Source: Pseudodesulfovibrio piezophilus C1TLV30 (lineage in GTDB: Bacteria; Desulfobacterota; Desulfovibrionia; Desulfovibrionales; Desulfovibrionaceae). From it: DNA of 32,000 nt. The number at the start of each line of letters is the position of its first letter. Position 1 is the first letter of the stretch. Of the stretch, positions 29,203-32,000 are shown piece after piece. Position numbers and translations under genes: made by a program. Under the pieces are notes generated by a model. It worked only from the letters and a program-made list of their open reading frames with translations, was not told where the DNA came from and did not search any database. The stretch covers positions 3,422,411-3,454,410 of the forward strand of contig NC_020409.1 of NCBI RefSeq assembly GCF_000341895.1. The letters are read 5' to 3'.

Positions 29203-31353
29203 ATGCAGAAAGCCAAAGATTTGAAAGAATACCGTGGAGAATTGCGCGAGTCCCTGGATAATGATTTCCTGCGCACAACTCTTGATAATTTTGCCGTGGC
29301 CTACCGGGCCGGTCGCGCCAATGCCTTTAAGGATATGGATGTCAAAGGCCTGATCAATGACATCGCGTGTTCCAAGGATGCTGCCGCTGAAAATGCCGAT
29401 GCTTTGTACGAAGAGTTCAAAGCCAATGCCGAGGCTGCTGGTATTAAAGTCCACTTTGCCAAAGATGGAGATGAAGCCAACCGTATCATCGCCGGAATTG
29501 CCAAAGATGCGAAGTGTAAATCCATCGTCAAATCCAAGTCCATGACTGCCGAGGAAACTCTGCTCAACCATGATCTTGAAGATGCCGGATTTGAAGTCAT
29601 CGAGACAGACCTCGGAGAATGGATCATTCAGTTGCGTCATGAAGGACCGTCTCACATGGTCATGCCTGCCATTCACCTGTCACGGCATCAGGTCGGCGAT
29701 CTGTTCACGGATGTGACCGGGAAAAAACAGGATTCCGAGATTGAAAAACTGGTTAAGGTTGCCCGTCGTGAGTTGCGTCAGAAATATGTCGATGCGGATA
29801 TGGGTATTACCGGAGCCAACTTTGCAGTCGCGGAGACCGGTGGAATCGGATTGGTGACCAATGAAGGAAACGCCCGCCTGGTTTCAACCCTGCCTCGTGT
29901 CCATGTCGCCCTGATGGGAATCGACAAGTTGTTGCCTACACTGCATGATGCACTGCGTATCCTCAAGGCTCTGCCTCGTAACGCGACCGGGCAGCAGATT
30001 ACATCGTATGTCACCTGGATCACGGGTGCCAACGAGTGCCTGGCCGCAGAAGATGGCAAGAAAGAAATTCACTATGTCGTTCTCGACAACGGGCGTTCCG
30101 AACTCATCAAGGATCCCTTGTTCTCGCAGATCAACCGGTGTGTTCGTTGTGGTGCCTGCGCCAATGTCTGCCCTGTTTACCGTCTTGTCGGCGGGCATAA
30201 AATGGGTCACATCTACATCGGTGCCATTGGCTTGATTCTGACATACTTCTTCCATGGTAAAGACAAGGCCAAGAATCTCGTCCAGAACTGCATCAACTGC
30301 GAAGCATGCAAGGATGTGTGTGCAGGTGGAATTGATCTGCCACGCCTGATCAAGGAAATCCACGCGCGTATTCTGGAAGAGGACGGACACCCGTTACCTG
30401 CCATTTTGATGGGCAAATTGCTCAAAAATCGCAAATTGTTCCATACTCTTTTACGGACCGCCAAGTGGGGACAAAAGCCCATTGCCGAAAAGGACGGATT
30501 CATTCGTCATTTGCCTATGGTCTTTGCAAAGGAACATCAGTTCAAGGCTCTGCCCACTATTGCCGAGACGCCTTTCCGTGATTGGTGGCAGAAGAATCGT
30601 CCTGATGTGGATAAGCCGAAATTGCGTGTCGCTCTGTTCTCTGGTTGTGTGCAGGACTTTGTATACCCCGAGCAGATGCAGGCGGCCGTCAAGGTCTTTG
30701 CGGACAATGGTGTTGCAATGGACTACCCCATGGAGCAATCCTGCTGCGGTCTGCCAGTTCAGATGATGGGTGAAATGGGTGCATCCCGTGATGTTGCAAA
30801 GCAGAATCTGCGGGCCTTCGAGACCGGAGCATACGATTATATCATCACCTTGTGTGCTTCATGTGCGTCGCACCTCAAGCACAATTATCCGAAGTTGGTC
30901 ATGGATAAACCTTCCTTGAAGCTCAAGGCCGATGAATTCGCAGCAAAGGTCATTGATTACTCTTCTTTTGTGAACGATGTGCTCAAAGTGAAGAAAGAAG
31001 ACTTCCGCGAAGTCGGGACCAAAGCAACATATCATGCTCCCTGCCATCTCTGCCGTGGGCTTGATGTTCATGACGCGCCTCGTCAGTTGATAGAAAAGGG
31101 CGGCATGGACTATGTCGAGTGCACTGAAGAAGAGGTCTGCTGCGGTTTTGGAGGAACATTCTCCATGAAGTTCCCGGAACTGTCTGCCGAGCTGTTGAAA
31201 AAGAAACTGGACAATGTTGAAGCCACGGGCGCTGATGTGCTTCTGACTGATTGCCCCGGTTGCGTCATGCAGCTGCGTGGTGGGCTGAAGAATCGCGGCT
31301 CCAAGGTTCAAGTACGCCACGTTGCAGAGGTTCTTGCAGATAATAAAAAATAA
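29203..31353 (+). CDS. LutB-LutA fusion iron-sulfur oxidoreductase (LUD domain, 2x[4Fe-4S], two CCG domains): catalytic component of an L-lactate dehydrogenase
   Basis: 716 aa. The N-terminal LutB-like part contains GITGANFAVAETGGIGLVTNEGNARL with CVRCGACANVCP and CINCEACKDVCA. The C-terminal LutA-like part has CCGLPVQMMGE and CCGFGGTFSMKF. RBS is GGAGGA. Confidence 0.85.
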   Translation: MQKAKDLKEYRGELRESLDNDFLRTTLDNFAVAYRAGRANAFKDMDVKGLINDIACSKDAAAENADALYEEFKANAEAAGIKVHFAKDGDEANRIIAGIAKDAKCKSIVKSKSMTAEETLLNHDLEDAGFEVIETDLGEWIIQLRHEGPSHMVMPAIHLSRHQVGDLFTDVTGKKQDSEIEKLVKVARRELRQKYVDADMGITGANFAVAETGGIGLVTNEGNARLVSTLPRVHVALMGIDKLLPTLHDALRILKALPRNATGQQITSYVTWITGANECLAAEDGKKEIHYVVLDNGRSELIKDPLFSQINRCVRCGACANVCPVYRLVGGHKMGHIYIGAIGLILTYFFHGKDKAKNLVQNCINCEACKDVCAGGIDLPRLIKEIHARILEEDGHPLPAILMGKLLKNRKLFHTLLRTAKWGQKPIAEKDGFIRHLPMVFAKEHQFKALPTIAETPFRDWWQKNRPDVDKPKLRVALFSGCVQDFVYPEQMQAAVKVFADNGVAMDYPMEQSCCGLPVQMMGEMGASRDVAKQNLRAFETGAYDYIITLCASCASHLKHNYPKLVMDKPSLKLKADEFAAKVIDYSSFVNDVLKVKKEDFREVGTKATYHAPCHLCRGLDVHDAPRQLIEKGGMDYVECTEEEVCCGFGGTFSMKFPELSAELLKKKLDNVEATGADVLLTDCPGCVMQLRGGLKNRGSKVQVRHVAEVLADNKK

Positions 31354-31454
31354 GAACTGCCATATTGAATGCATGAGGCTTTCGAAATAGGTTGGACCGC
31401 AATCCCCTCGAAGCAACTGCCACGCTTCCTCCTATGAGATACCGCCTTCATGTA

Positions 31455-31484
31455 GGTTCCCCGTCCGCTGCGGGACGGGGAACC
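31455..31484 (+). terminator. Terminator-like hairpin ending the lactate cluster
   Basis: GGTTCCCCGTCC-gctgcg-GGACGGGGAACC is a perfect 12-bp stem about 100 nt after the stop. It is followed by AT-rich ATATATTTATAC, which is only a partial U-tract. Confidence 0.6.
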
Positions 31485-31546
31485 ATATATTTATACTTGA
31501 CGGCCGGTTAAGCTCCATACTACCGGACCTGATTTAGGGGTGATAC

Positions 31547-32000
31547 ATGGCACCAGTGCAGAATCGATACTTACGCCAATTCGTCGCGGTCTATTTTGGT
31601 CTCTTCCTACTCATTTCGGGACTTTCATTCTGGTTTGTCTCAGCCTTCTCCGGTGAACTCTGGGCGGCGTCCGCTCTTGCAACCGGAGTTCTGACAGCTT
31701 TCGGCTTACTCGGTATTGCGCTGACAGTCCTGATAGGGCGGAGTTTCATTCGTCCGCTCAAAGTTGTGACCGAATATACAACCAACATACTTGATGGTAA
31801 CTATGCAGGAGCTGATGAAGCCGCCATGGCTGATGCTGTTCCAGGCCTTGGCGACCTTGTTCATGAGCTTTCTTCCCGTTTCAAGGAACGGTTGGGATTC
31901 TCCAATAGTATTCTTGAGGGGCTTCCTGTTCCCATCTGCATTGTGGATACCAGGGAGAGGATAACCTTCCTCAATCAGGAATGCCTGAAAATGCTCGGGT
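31547..32000 (+). CDS. Membrane sensor protein, N-terminal part (2 TM, HAMP, PAS). It is a methyl-accepting chemotaxis protein or a kinase, and continues beyond the right edge.
   Basis: It is absent from the ORF track because no stop lies in the window. Manual translation from the ATG at 31547 (RBS AGGGG) gives MAPVQNRYLRQFVAVYFGLFLLISGLSFWFV...LWAASALATGVLTAFGLLGIALTVLIGRSFIRPLKVV... (HAMP-like) ...SNSILEGLPVPICIVDTRERITFLNQECLKMLG (PAS-like). The frame stays open to base 32000. Confidence 0.65.
   Translation, partial: MAPVQNRYLRQFVAVYFGLFLLISGLSFWFVSAFSGELWAASALATGVLTAFGLLGIALTVLIGRSFIRPLKVVTEYTTNILDGNYAGADEAAMADAVPGLGDLVHELSSRFKERLGFSNSILEGLPVPICIVDTRERITFLNQECLKMLG

Noticed and set aside
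31355-31422. Direct 8-mer repeat AACTGCCA (31355..31362 and 31415..31422), 60 bp apart, downstream of the lut genes.
   Set aside because: An 8-mer recurring once in about 190 nt is close to chance expectation (roughly 0.3 by my estimate). It has no palindromic structure and no obvious relation to the downstream promoter.

Overview
This window reads as an ordinary chromosomal, core-metabolism segment of a sulfate-reducing Desulfovibrionaceae-type bacterium. That placement is from memory: the PFOR closely resembles the Desulfovibrio africanus enzyme, and the gene order matches the D. vulgaris Hildenborough DVU3022-3033 region. It needs a BLAST check.

Left part (1-11.4 kb), mostly housekeeping or accessory genes on mixed strands:
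- a minus-strand block of OsmC-like, DsrE-like, CheY-type receiver and a PAS/GAF histidine kinase that runs off the left edge
- an isochorismatase-family hydrolase
- a very cysteine-rich 4Fe-4S protein
- a DMT-type transporter
- TypA/BipA
- aspartate ammonia-lyase
- an orphan family-3 solute-binding protein
- RlpA
- a glycine-zipper lipoprotein

Right part (11.5-31.4 kb), all on the + strand, is one functional unit:
- a hybrid sensor kinase with a large periplasmic domain
- an NtrC-type sigma-54 activator
- an HU gene with a strong terminator
- a 534-bp AT-rich leader carrying a near-consensus sigma-54 promoter
- a complete lactate-to-acetate pathway: PFOR, lactate permease, GlcD/GlcF-type D-lactate dehydrogenase, Pta, AckA, LutC, and a LutB-LutA fusion

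A HAMP-PAS membrane sensor gene starts at 31547 and runs off the right edge.

I found no tRNA or rRNA genes, CRISPR arrays, transposases, integrases, phage genes or recognisable defence genes. I do not see convincing evidence for an undescribed multi-gene system here. The items most worth follow-up are:
- the regulatory architecture in front of por (two-component system, sigma-54, HU, repeated motifs)
- a shared sequence box in the intercistronic hairpins of the lactate cluster
- the uncharacterised Cys-rich Fe-S protein
- the OsmC/DsrE/receiver/kinase block

Many long ORFs in the supplied track are antisense artefacts that sit in codon register with real genes.
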